Assembly (NCBI RefSeq): GCF_016433145.1
Contig: NC_058133.1
Location: 389,635,456-389,699,455 of the forward strand
DNA length: 64,000 nucleotides
Direction of reading: 5' to 3'
Origin: Gracilinanus agilis
Lineage: Eukaryota
Every line of letters begins with the position of its first letter. Within the stretch, counting starts at the first letter, position 1. The position numbers and the translations under genes are program-made. The notes under the pieces were generated by a model. The model saw only the letters and a program-made list of their open reading frames with translations. It was not told the origin of the DNA and made no database searches. Positions 49,150-61,548 of this stretch are shown here, in pieces.

Positions 49150-50059
49150 TGAGAAAACTGAGACCACTGAGCACAAAGAATTTAAATTCTTTTCATCCAT
49201 TCCTCAATCCTCCTTACCATCATTACTAACTCCTTATTTCTCTCACCAAAGAAGATGACTCTAAAGTTAATCCATCTATTTGCACTGAATTTCTCCTGTG
49301 TCCTGGAAGGTGTGACTTCAGTAAAATACACTGAAAAAGAGCCATGAATAAGTGGTTCATAACAGTAATTCTTCCTCTCAAGGAAGTTGAAGTTGGAGGA
49401 ATGCTTGAGCTTTGAAGTTCTGAATTGCAGTAGCCAAGGAAATCAGGTTCCTTAATAAATCTAGTATCAATATGGTGAACCACCAGGAGATTGTGTCTGT
49501 GAGGACTTCATATTGGCTAAAGAGGAAAACTAGGCAGTAAACGGAGCAGATCAAAGTTCTCGAACTGATCAGTAGGCCAAGTAGGCAGGGTTTTCAGCCA
49601 GAGAAAGAAAAGAAGGTACACAAGCTTGAAAAAAAAAACATTAAAGACACACGAAAACAAAATGTAGCCTTTAAAGACTTTCTTTCCAAAAAGATGTCTC
49701 AGTTTTTGTTTGGTTAGCTAACATAGCTGCAGATTGTATTTATCGTTTATATATCATACATTTATCATCTCCCTATACATTCTATGTTCTCATATTCCCA
49801 AACCTTTATGTTACCTTTCACTGCTGCTCCAGCCTCCATCTCAGATCTTTAGAAGCATCTAGAGTAAGACCTAACTTCAAATCCAGTTTCGGACATTCAT
49901 TAGCGTTATGACCCTGGGAAAGTCACTTAACTTGTTAGCTTCAGTTTCCTCATTTGTACAAGAGCACCTATCTTCCAGAAATCTTGTGATGATAAAATAA
50001 GACAATATTTGTAAGACATGTTTAAACCTTAAATGTAATTGTATGTGCTCATTTTCAGT

Positions 50060-50620
50060 TAAAAATCTTGAAAATTCTATCTGCCCTCATTTCCACTTTT
50101 CATTGACTGCCACTTACCTTTTGTGATTGGACTTCTGTCCCACACAACACTAGTGAAATTGTTTTCTTTAAGGTCACCAGTGACCAGATCATCAAATTAA
50201 ATTGTGTTTTCTCAGTCTTTCACTTCTCCATAGATTTTGACACTGATGACCATGCCATTATGCTCTTTATTTTCTCTTTCCTTGGATTCAGGAATAATAT
50301 TTGACTGGGTTTTCTTTTACCTCTTTTTCTGCCTACTATATAATATCTTATTATCCTCTTTATGACTCATCTATCTGGGCATTTCCAAGGGTCAGTGCTG
50401 GGCCCTCTCAGTCCATTCTCTCTCCAGAGCCAAGACTCTTCTTTGGAATTCTTACTCATTCGCACAATTTCAACTACAATCTAGAGCACCATCTAGGCAG
50501 ATACTTTATATATCTTCATCTCTATTCCTATCTTTTTCCTGGCATCTAGAATCACATCTTAATCTGAATGTCCCACCATCACCTAAACTTCATTACGTCC
50601 AAAATTCATCTCAGTGACAG
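50060..50620 (+). mobile_element. Ancient L2 fragment
   Basis: Pyrimidine-rich L2 ORF2-like sequence (AAGGTCACCAGTGACC...ACTCATTCGCACAATTTCAACTACAATCT). Confidence 0.6.
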
Positions 50621-52350
50621 GGAGAAAGTCACTTAATAATACTAGACTTCAGTTTCCTAATCTATAAAAATGAAATGAAAGGAGTTGAACTAGGTAATCT
50701 GTAAGGTCTTTTCCAAATTGAAGTCTCTGATTCAGCCATTCCCGCTAAAGCTATATTTGAGTTCACTATTTTTCTTCTGTCAGATTGACTTTTATGTAGG
50801 CTCCCATAATCATAGTTTTGAGGTTACTTTTTACTTTTCTTTCTCCCTTACCTCTAATATTCATTTATGTTCAGATTTGATTGAACCAACATGTAAATTT
50901 CTATTTGCAAATATTTGACAGGTGGTACCTAAAAAATATCTACGTACATATTTTATAAGACATTTTAAAGCTTAATCTGCATTATTAACATTGTCTTTCT
51001 CAGAAATAATGAAAAAAAAAATGTGAAGGATGGGGGTCTAGCAGTACCAGATCTTAAACTGTACTATAAAGCAGCGGTCATCAAAACAATATGGTAATGG
51101 CTAAGAAACAGAAGTGTGGATCAATGGAATAGATGAGAGGTAAATTATCTCAGCAAGCTAGTGTTAGATAAACCCAAAGATGCCAGCTATTGTGACAAGA
51201 AAGCACTATTTGACAAAAACTGCTGGGTAAATTGGAAAACAGTATTAGAAAAATTGGGCTTAGATAAATATCTTACACCAAGATAAATTAAAGATGGGTA
51301 AATGACAAATATAAAGAGTAAAATCATAAATAAATTAGGTCAACATAGAATAGTATACCTGTCATATCTGTGGGAAAGGAAGGAATTTAAGATGATGCAA
51401 GGGAAAACATTATAAAATATAAACTGAATGACTTTGATTATATCTAATTAAAAAGTTTTTGTACAAACATAATCAATGCAATCAAAATTAGAAGGAAAGC
51501 AACAAACTGGAGAAATAGTTTTAAAACAAAACTCTCTGACAGCTTCCGGTTAAGATGGCGGCAGAGTAAGGAGCAGCTGCTCGATCTCTCCTAACCGAAG
51601 CATACAGGACTCCTCAAGGGGACATAAAAAGGAATCCAGACGAACGAAGGAACCCCACAACAGGGCGCAGTGTTGAAGGTACGCAGAATAGGGGCATTTC
51701 CACGCTATAAAGGGGCAAAATAGCTCTCACTAAAACGTGAGAGGAAAAAGCCCCTCCCCCACCACCCCACACCGCACACCTCGCACAATGCCAAGGCCAA
51801 AGCACAAGAGTGAAAACAGGACTGGGGCAACCAGATAATCATTGGCAGCCCCAGGGCTTGTACCTGTATGCTGTAAGAGGAGGGACCCCAGGTGGCTGGG
51901 GGCACACACGGACTTTCCCCAAGGGTCCACGTGGGTGAAGGCACAGCTTCGGGCTGGGCCAAAGATCTCTAACACCCGGACTTTCCCGAGCACCTGAAGG
52001 CATCGCCTCAGGTGAGAATAAAGATCTCCATCCCACTGACTTTCCCTAGCTTCTGCGTGCATGAAGGCAGTGCCCTAAGAGTGTCTGCACTGGCAAAGGC
52101 AGCGGGGTTCCTAGGCTTGAATAAAGATCTCCAGCCCAGGCTTGGACCTCCAGTGAGGACCCGGTGAGGACCGGAGCTCGGCAGTGGAAGCAGCCCCAAA
52201 GACTGCTGAAGGAGCCTCCGGCAGAGGGGCAGACTGGGGTGTACCAGGAGACCTGACCCCTACGACAAGGAGACCAGAGGCCCCGGGAGCTTAGAAAATG
52301 CAGGCAGACCCTGAGTGTGAAGACAAAGCAGAAAAGGGGTGGGGCTAACA

Positions 52351-53328
52351 ATGGCAAGCCAAGAAATCCAGAGGAAGAAAAAGATTATCAAGAAAAACTC
52401 TGGAACACTCAACAACTTTTACACAAAGAAAATCCAGGCAACAGAGGACAAACAAGTATCCAAACCTTCCCAAAACAAGGAAAACTGGTCACAAGTTATA
52501 GAAGAGTTCAAAACTGAGATTTTGAAGAAGATGGAAGAGATCTGGCAAGAAAATAACAGTTTAAAAGGCAGAATTTCACAATTGGAAAGTGAGGCTCAGA
52601 AATCAAATGAACTGATAAGCAAATTGAACACCAGAAATGACCAGATTGAAAAGGAAAACCAGTCCCTAAAGGCTAGAATTGAACAATTAGAATCCAATGA
52701 TCTCTCAAGACAACAAGAACAAATAAAACAAAGTCAAAAGACTGAAAAAATAGAAGGAAACATGAAATATCTCAATGAGAGAGTGACAGACCAAGAAAAC
52801 CAGTCTAGAAGAGACAATTTGAGAATTATTGGTCTTCCAGAAAAGGCAGAAATTAATAGAAACTTGGACTCCATACTTAAAGAAATTATTCAGCAAAATT
52901 GCCCTGAAGTTCTACAACAAGAGGGCAATATAGACATTGAAAGGATCCATAGATCACCCTCTACACTGGACCCAGAAAAGCCAACACCCAGAAATATAAT
53001 AGCGAAATTTAAGAGTTTTCAAGTAAAAGAAAAAATCTTACAAGAAGCCAGAAAGAGACAATTCAAATATCAAGGAGCACCAATCAGGATCACACAGGAT
53101 CTGGCAGCCTCCACGCTAAAAGACCGCAAGGCTTGGAACACAATATTCAGAATGGCAAGAGAGATGGGTCTTCAGCCACAGATCAACTACCCATGGAAAC
53201 TGACTATATACTTCCAGGGGAAAGTATGGGCATTCAACAAAATTGAAGAATTCCAAGTTTTTGCACAAAAGAGACCAGGACTAAATGGAAAGTTTGATAC
53301 CCAACCACAAAAACCAAGAGAAACATGA
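52351..53328 (+). CDS. L1 ORF1p, intact, 325 aa
   Basis: ATG at 52351, coiled-coil heptads, RRDNLRIIGLPE, IERIHRSP, PRNIIAKF, IRITQDLAASTLKDRKAW. Confidence 0.9.
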   Translation: MASQEIQRKKKIIKKNSGTLNNFYTKKIQATEDKQVSKPSQNKENWSQVIEEFKTEILKKMEEIWQENNSLKGRISQLESEAQKSNELISKLNTRNDQIEKENQSLKARIEQLESNDLSRQQEQIKQSQKTEKIEGNMKYLNERVTDQENQSRRDNLRIIGLPEKAEINRNLDSILKEIIQQNCPEVLQQEGNIDIERIHRSPSTLDPEKPTPRNIIAKFKSFQVKEKILQEARKRQFKYQGAPIRITQDLAASTLKDRKAWNTIFRMAREMGLQPQINYPWKLTIYFQGKVWAFNKIEEFQVFAQKRPGLNGKFDTQPQKPRET

Positions 53329-54055
53329 AAAGGTAAATAAGAAACAGAGGGAAAAGAAAGAAAACTTATAATTCTTTAAATTTGACTCTTTAAGGGCTTA
53401 AATAAGATCTAATTATCTGTATTAATAGGTGGAGAAATGTTATGTATAATTCTCTGTAGTGAACTCTATTGACTAGTATAATATTCGCTATTATAGCAAC
53501 CAGAAGAATAATTCACAGGGAGAGGATAGGATACTAAATGGTCTAAGATGACAGAGAGGGTGGGAAAGAGGGGGGGGGGGGAATAGTAGGGGACACCAAG
53601 AAAAATCCGAGTAAATAAGAAAAATAGGATATTCTATTACACACAAAGAGGGCATGGGAAGGGGAGGGGATAAATACTATCATAAGAAGGAGAGGAAGAG
53701 AGCATTAAGAGGGAATAATCAAACCTTACTCTCAGTATAATCAACCCGGAGAGGGAAGAGTAGCATTATTATCCATTCGGATAAAAAAAAAAACAAAACT
53801 CTATCTAACCCTACTGAGAAAGTCAGAAGGGACAAAACAAAGGGAACAGGGGAGTGGGGAGGTCAAAAAAGGGAGGGGAGAAGATGGGGGAGGGAATTCA
53901 ATAGGCCTTTAAAAATAAAAAGAGGGGAATAACAAGGGAGGGGGCAGAAAGGGAAGTCAATCAAGGGAGGGGATAAGGGACACTGGCTCAAAGCAAACCA
54001 CTGGTTAAAAGAAAATCATGTAAGAGAAGGGGTGGGTCTAGAGGAAGATACAAAA

Positions 54056-57000
54056 ATGTCAGTGAATGAACAACTGATAATTGTAACTCTGAATGTGAAT
54101 GGGATGAACTCGCTCATAAAATGGAAGCAAATAGCAGAGTGGATCAGAAACCAAAATCCTACCATATGTTGTCTACAAGAAACACATATGAGGCGGGTAG
54201 ACACACACAAGTTTAAGGTTAAGGGCTTGAGCAAAATCTTTTGGGCGTCAAATGAAAAAAAGAAGGCAGGAGTGGCTATTATGATTTCTGACAAAGCCAA
54301 AGTAAAAATAGATATGATTAAAAAAGACAGGGAAGGCCATTACATCCTGATTAAATGCAGTATAAACAATGAGGAAATAACACTGCTCAATATGTATGCA
54401 CCAAGTGGCATAGCACCCAAATTCATAAAGGAGAAACTGGCAGAGCTCAAGAAGGAAATAGATAGTAAAACCATACTAGTGGGAGATCTAAATATTCCTC
54501 TTTCAGATCTAGATAAACCAAATCAAAAAATAAATAAGAAAGAGGTAAGAGAGGTGAATGAAGTCCTAGAAAAATTAGATTTAATTGATATGTGGAGAAA
54601 AATAAATAGGGACAAAAAGGAATACACCTTCTTTTCAGCTGCGCATGGTACATTCACAAAGATTGACCATGTAATAGGACATAGAATCATTGCAAACAAA
54701 TGCAAAAGAGCAGAAATAATAAATGTAACCTTCTCAGATCATAATGCAATAAAAATAATAATTAGTAAGGGCACATGGACAGGCAAATCAAAAACCAATT
54801 GGAAATTAAACAATATGATTCTCCAAAACCAATTTGTCAAAGAAGAAATCATAGAAACAATCAACAATTTCAATGAAGAGAACAACAATGATGAGACACC
54901 CTACCAAACTATGTGGGATGCAGCAAAGGCAGTACTCAGGGGGAAATTTATATCCCTGAGTGCATATATTAACAAATTAAGGAGGGCAAAGATTAATGAA
55001 TTGGGTATGCAACTCAAAAAATTAGAAAGTGAACAAATTAAAAACCCTCAGATGAAAACTAAATTAGAAATACTAAAAATTAAGGGAGAAATTAATAAAA
55101 TTGAAAGTAAAAGAACTATTGAATTAATAAATAAGACTAGAAGCTGTTATTTTGAAAAAACAGATAAAATAGACAAAGTGCTGGTCAATCTAATAAGAAA
55201 AATGAAAGAAGAAAACCAAATTGACAGTATCAAAGATGAAAAGGGAGACCTTACCTCCAATGAAGGGGAAATTAAGGCAATCATTAAAAACTATTTTGCC
55301 CAATTATATGGCAACAAATATAACAATTTAGGAGATATGGATGAATATCTACAAAAATACAAATTGCCTAGATTAACAGCAGAAGAAAGAGAATACCTAA
55401 ATAATCCCATAGCAGAAATAGAAATTGAACAAGCCATCAAAGGACTCCCTAAGAAAAAATCACCAGGACCTGATGGATTCACAAGTGAATTCTATCAGAC
55501 ATTCAAAGAGCAACTAATCCCAATACTATACAAATTATTTGATATGATAAGCAAAGAAGGAGTCCTACCAAATTCCTTTTATGACACAAATATGGTACTG
55601 ATTCCAAAGCCAGGTAGACCAAAAACAGAGAAAGAAAACTATAGACCAATCTCCCTAATGAACATAGATGCAAAAATCTTAAATAGAATATTAGCAAAGA
55701 GACTCCAGCAAGTAATTAAGAAGATCATCCACCATGATCAGGTGGGATTTATACCAGGAATGCAAGGATGGTTCAACATTAGGAAAACCATCCACATAAT
55801 TGACCATATCAACAGTCTAACAAACAAAAATCACATGATTATCTCAATAGATGCTGAAAAAGCCTTTGATAAAATACAGCATCCATTTCTATTGAAAACA
55901 TTGAAAAGTATAGAAATAGAAGGACCCTTCCTAAAAATAATAAACAGTATATATCTAAAACCATCAACAAGCATTATATGCAATGGGGATAAATTAGAAG
56001 CCTTCCCAATAAGATCAGGAGTGAAACAAGAATGCCCATTATCACCTCTATTATTCAACATTGTACTAGAAACACTAGCAATAGCAATCAGAGAAGAAAA
56101 AGAAATTGAAGGTATCAAAATAGGCAATGAGGAGACTAAGCTATCACTCTTTGCAGATGATATGATGGTCTACTTAAAAAACCCTAGAGAATCAACTAAG
56201 AAGCTGGTAGAAATAATCAACAACTTTGGCAAAGTTGCAGGATACAAAAAAATGCACATAAATCATCAGCATTTCTATTTTTCTCCAACACATTAGAACA
56301 GCAAGAGGTAGAAAGAGAAACACCATTTAAAATCACCCTAGACAATATAAAATACTTAGGAATCTATCTACCAAAACAAACACAGCAATTATACGATAAC
56401 AACTACAAAACATTTTCCAAAAAAAATAAAACTAGATCTCAACAATTGGAAAACCATTAATTGTTCATGGGTAGGATGAGCTAACATAATAAAAATGAAC
56501 ATTCTACCCCAATTAATTTACCTATTTAGCGCCATACCTATCAAGCTACCAAAAAACTTCTTTACTGAATTAGGAAAAACTATAACAAAGTTCATTTGGA
56601 ATAACAAAAGATCAAGAATATCAAGGGAAATAATGAAAAAAAATGTGAAGGAAGGGGGCCTAGCAGTACCAGATATTAAACTATACTATAAAGCAGCAGT
56701 CATCAAAACAATATGGTACTGACTAAGAGATAGAAGGGAGGATCAGTGGAATAGACTTGGGGTAAATGACATCAGCAAGACAGTGTATGATAAACCCAAA
56801 GAGCCCAACTTTTGGGAAATGAATCCTCTATTTGACAAAAACTGCTGGGAAATTTGGAAAGCAATATGGGAGAGATTAGGTCTAGATCAACATCTCACAC
56901 CCTACACCAAGATAAATTCAAAATGGGTGAATGAAATGCTGGTGGAGCTGTGAACTGATCCAACCATTCTGGCTGGCAATTTGGAATCATGCTCAAAGGG

Positions 57001-57269
57001 CTATAAAAGAATGCCTGCCCTTTGATCCAGCCATACCATTGTTGGGTTTGTATCCCAAAGAGATCATAGATAAACAGACTTGTACGAAAATATTTATAGC
57101 TGTGCTTTTTGTGGTGGCAAAGAACTGGAAAGGGAGGGTATGTCCTTCAATTGGGGAATGGCTGAACAAACTGTGGTATATGCTGGTGATGGAATACTAT
57201 TGTGCTAAAAGGAATAATAAACTGGAGGAGTTCCAGGCAAACTGGAGAGACCTCCAGGAACTGATGTAG
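54056..57269 (+). pseudogene. L1 ORF2p (endonuclease plus reverse transcriptase), open for ~730 codons, then frameshifted and deleted
   Basis: TLNVNG, CLQETH, GDLNIP, SDHN, PGPDGF, YRPISL and FADDMMVYL. First frameshift in GGATACAAAAAAATGCAC near 56250; further lesions and a deletion at ~56933. Confidence 0.93.
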
Positions 57270-59419
57270 AGCGAAAGGAGCAGAGCCAGAAGAACATTGT
57301 ACACAGAGACTGATATACTGTGGTAAAATTGAATGTAATGGACCTCTGTACCAGCAACAATGCAATGACACAAGACAGCTCTGAGGGATTTATGGTAAAG
57401 ATGCTGCCCACATTCAGAGGAAGATCTGCAGGAGAGGAAACATAGAAGATAAACAATTGCTTGAACGCATGGGCTGAGGCGGACATGATTGGGGATGTGG
57501 ACTAGAAACAACCACACCAATGCAACTATCAACAATATGGAAATAGGCCCTGAACAAGGATACATGTTACAACCAGTGGAAATGTGCGTCGACCATGGGT
57601 GGGGGGAGAGAGAGGGGTGAAGGGGAAAGTAGAGGCATAAAGTATGTAAACAGGTTAAAAATGAATATTAATAAATGTTTAAAAAAAACTTTCTGACAAA
57701 GGTTTAATTTCCCAAATATATAAGGAACTAAGTCCAATTTACACAAAATCAAGCCATTCCCTAATTGACAAAGGGCCAAATGACATCAATAGGCAGTTTT
57801 CACTTGAAGAAATCAAAACTATCAATAAACACATGAAAAGTGTTCTAAATCCCTCCTGTTTAGAGAAATGCAAATTAAAACAACTCTGAGAAAAACCTTA
57901 AAACCTTACACCTAGCAGACTGGCCAATATAGCAGCAAAGGAAAATGAAAATGTTGGAGGGGATGTGGCAAAATTGGGACACTAATACTCTGCTGGTGGA
58001 GTTATGAATTGATCCAACCATTAAAAGGATAGCAGCCCTTTGATCCAGCCAATTCCACTGCTGGGTTTGTACTTATATGTCAAATACTTATATTTCATAA
58101 TAAGTCAAAATAAGTCAAAATATACAAAGATATTTATAGCTGTGCTCTTTGTGGCAAAAAATTGGAAAATGAGGGGCTATCCATTGATTGGGGAATGGCT
58201 GAATAAATTATGCTATCTGATGGTGATGGAATACTATGGTACTAAAAGGAATGATGACCTGGAAGAACTCCAAGAACTGATGCAGAGAAAAAGGAGCAAA
58301 AACAGGAGAACATTGTATACAGAGACTGAAACATTGAGGCAAAATCAAATGTAATAGACTTTCCTACTAGCAGCAATGAGTGACCCAGGACAATCTAGAG
58401 GAACTTATAAGAAAGAATGCTATCCACATCCAGAGAAAGAACTGTGGGACTAGAAACACAGAAGAAAAATATATGATTGATCATGTAGTTTGATGGGGAT
58501 ATGATTAGGGTTTGATGTTAAAAGATCACTCTATAGCAAATATGAATAACATGGAAATAGGTTTTGAACAATGATACATGTATAACCTCATGGATTTGCT
58601 TGTCAGCTCCAGAGTGAGGGGTAGGAGGGGAGGGAAAAATCATGAATCATGTAACCATGGAAAAATATTGTAATTTTTTTTAAATTGTCTTTTTCACTTT
58701 CTTAATTCTACATGGTCTGAAAACAACAAATAAGGCACTTATTTGTAGCATTGATTTCAAATGTATAAATTCTTACACTGAAATTTTAAATAACGACTAT
58801 CTTAAGTTCAATGGGTTTGATATGACACACTTACCAACTAGTCCTTTTCTGTTAGAATCAAATTCTGTCCTCTTTCTGATTCTATTTTGAGTTTGACATG
58901 TCCATTTCCTTCTAATACTTTTCTTGAAGAAACTATTTACAGCATCTGTAGAGAAATGGCTTCTGAGTAGTTTTGGTACATTTGGCTTCCTTTGGGGTCT
59001 TTATTCGGACTGATATTTTTTAGCATTTTAAGCTGTCTTCCTCTGGGCCTACCAAAACATTAAGATCCTTTAGTATCAAGAGATTGATTGTCATAGGTAA
59101 GTTAATCACATAAAGCTCTTAAGTGGGATGGCACCCCTTGAAAGCAAGGACTACACCATTTCCAACTTGGTATCACCAATTCCTGGCATAATGCCTCTTT
59201 TATTTAATTACAGTCCAATTCAGAAAATATTCATTATGTTCAAGTTGAGAACATAGGATTGATGCAAGAGATATTTAAGGGTAGAAGTGGAGGAAAAAAC
59301 TTGGTATTTGAAACATAGGGAGAAAGAAGAACCAAGAACCAACTCCTACGAATTGTGAGCCTAAGTGGCTTAAATTGCATTATGAATAGGAGAAAATGAG
59401 GGTTTTTTAAAGTGATTTA

Positions 59420-59622
59420 TTTTATTTTATTTTTTAAAAATAAAAATCTTTACCTTCCATCTTAGAGTATTGATTCTAAGGCAGAAAGAAGAGTGGTAAG
59501 GGATAGACAATGTCAAGTGACTTGCCCAGGGTCACACAGCCAGGAAGTGTCTGAGGCCAAATTTGAACCCAGAACTTCCCATCTCTAGGCCTTGCTCTCA
59601 ATCCACAAAGCTACCCAGCTTT
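59420..59622 (-). mobile_element. Opossum CORE-SINE (older SINE1_Mdo-type)
   Basis: Reverse complement of the same head, core and tail. Confidence 0.85.
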
Positions 59623-61548
59623 CTCCAACCTGCTGTCTACCAGAGACAGTGAACAATTTTATATAGAAGTTATATTGCTATCATATATATGCTGTCATTC
59701 ATAGATAAGCCATTTTAAGTGATTTTTAGTGGAAAATGAAATACTCAATTGTTGGTGTTTCATTTTTTTTTTTTTATTGTTTGTGTGTTTGTTTTTAAGG
59801 ATGTGATTCCTTCCCAGAAGTAGTTTAGAAAACATGACTACAAAGGGACCTTCCAACTCTGAAAATTCTATAATTCCATAATTCCCTTTCCCCAAAGTCA
59901 GAAGTACTTCTTCCAGTAATTTGATCACTTTTGCCCCAACCAAAAACTTCCTTTTTCATTTTTTATTTTATCATTTCATTTCTCCCCAGCTATAGGTGTC
60001 TTTGTAATAGTTTCAGGACTTCAGATGTTCTTATAAACATTCCAGTAGCTATTTAGCACAGTGAATAAGGAACTAAACGTATTGGCAGGAAGTCACAAGT
60101 TCAAATTCTGCCTCACATACTCACTAATTGTGGAACACTGAATAAATCATTCATTGTTCTGTGCCTCAGTTTCTTCATCTATAAAAATGGATTTAATAAT
60201 AGTACCTACTTCTTACAAGCATCAAGTACAATCACATAAAAACAATATTTTGATTACCTATATTGTACATTGTATATTTGATTGCCTATATTGTACAATG
60301 CTAGCTATGGTAACTGTTGATGCTAAATTTTCATTTGTACTTCATAACTTTGCCACTGAAGAAACAAATTATAATTCAATGTAGGATGTTTTAGGGGAAG
60401 TACATCTTTGTAAGTTAGTGAAATAATTGTCTTCATCTCAAAATTCTGTCTTACTGGATATCCAAAACAAAACTCAAAAGAAAATGGAATGGAAAATACT
60501 ACAAGGATATATGTTGCTATTCTGATTTCTTGTCAGAAATATTTATTTTTCCCTCAATACATGTAAATGTAAAATACAAAACGTAAAATTTGTAAAATTA
60601 TTTTTTCAAACATTTTGAATTAAAAATATTCTCACTTTCTTCAACCCACTTTCTACCAGAGACAGTGAACAATTTAACATAGAAGTTATATTGCTCTCAT
60701 ACAAATATAAATTGTCATTCATAGATAAGCCATTTTATCAAATCCTTTTATTGCATGCTGAGCAAACCTTCCTATCCTAACCATAGAAGATGATAGACTT
60801 CAGATACCAGAGCTCTGTAATTCATGAGCCTTCAGTAATGACTTCCTTCCTAAAAGGTTAGGGGTCTTTCTCTTGAACATTGGTTATCACATATCAGAAA
60901 TAGGACATAAAGCAGGTCTCCTGGAACTCAAGTTTAGCACTTTATCGATGTTTCTATGCTGATTATCAACATTATTAAGAAACCTAAACACCTTTTTATG
61001 GTTCACACTTCACTGCTGGGGGATATCATCATAAAAGTTTGGGGGAGGTTAATTTGTTCTCTTACTTCTTGAAAGTATACATTACGATTAGCTGTTTCAT
61101 GACTCCTTAGGGAACTATATAACCTAATAAAAGAGTCTTTTGGCAACTTTCTCAACAAACACACAGATCTTCATTTCTTAATTTTCTTACATGCTAACCA
61201 ACACTAATGCCACTAGGAGTGTGAGAAAGTACCAATGAACACTCAACACTGGATTAAAGGACCAATTGAAAAGGTAAATAAATAAAGATAATTTTTAAAA
61301 TCATTACAAAATTGTATGTGCAATTAAAAGAACATTTTCTCCATGTTCTAAATTTTGGTATATGTGAAAATGACAATTTTTTCAGTCTCAAAATAATGAA
61401 GAAATTGTGAATTATTATGCAACAGATTTTGACTTTATGTAACATAGTGACTGTAATATTTCTGTGTTGACAACATATTTTCATCTCTCCTCTCAAAATT
61501 TGAAATTTTAGCAACATTCCATGTACAACTGGACTGAGGTCAAGGAAT

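Larger units (their letters stand above)
51542..57684 (+). mobile_element. Near-full-length opossum L1 (~6.1 kb) with a ~530-bp internal deletion
   Basis: GC-rich 5' UTR starting GCTTCCGGTTAAGATGGCGG (ETS- and YY1-like motifs), ORF1, ~730-bp spacer, ORF2, 3' UTR with AATAAA and a short A tail. 14-bp TSD AAAACTCTCTGACA (51528-51541) / AAAACTTTCTGACA (57685-57698). Confidence 0.95.
51001..58680 (+). mobile_element. Older 5'-truncated L1 (~1.55 kb net) hosting the younger L1
   Basis: 51001-51541 and 57699-58680 rejoin into continuous ORF2 C-terminal sequence (AAAACTCTCTGACA|AAGGTTTAATTTCCCAAATATATAAGGAAC) followed by a 3' UTR. Confidence 0.9.

Noticed and set aside
49226-49560. 85-aa minus-strand ORF with a preceding acceptor-like TTTTCCTCTTTAG
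   Set aside because: No similarity to any protein I recognise in any frame, and no partner exons found.
53555-53960. G-quadruplex-prone G runs in the L1 inter-ORF spacer
   Set aside because: An ordinary compositional feature of marsupial L1 spacers, also visible in the older L1 remnants here.
4219-59267. TTGCATCA / TGATGCAA copies (4219, 9507, 28245, 33946, 51393, 59260) as a TAAR T-element enhancer
   Set aside because: All are isolated, and several lie inside repeats or coding sequence. A handful is expected by chance in 64 kb of AT-rich DNA. I saw no tandem pair.
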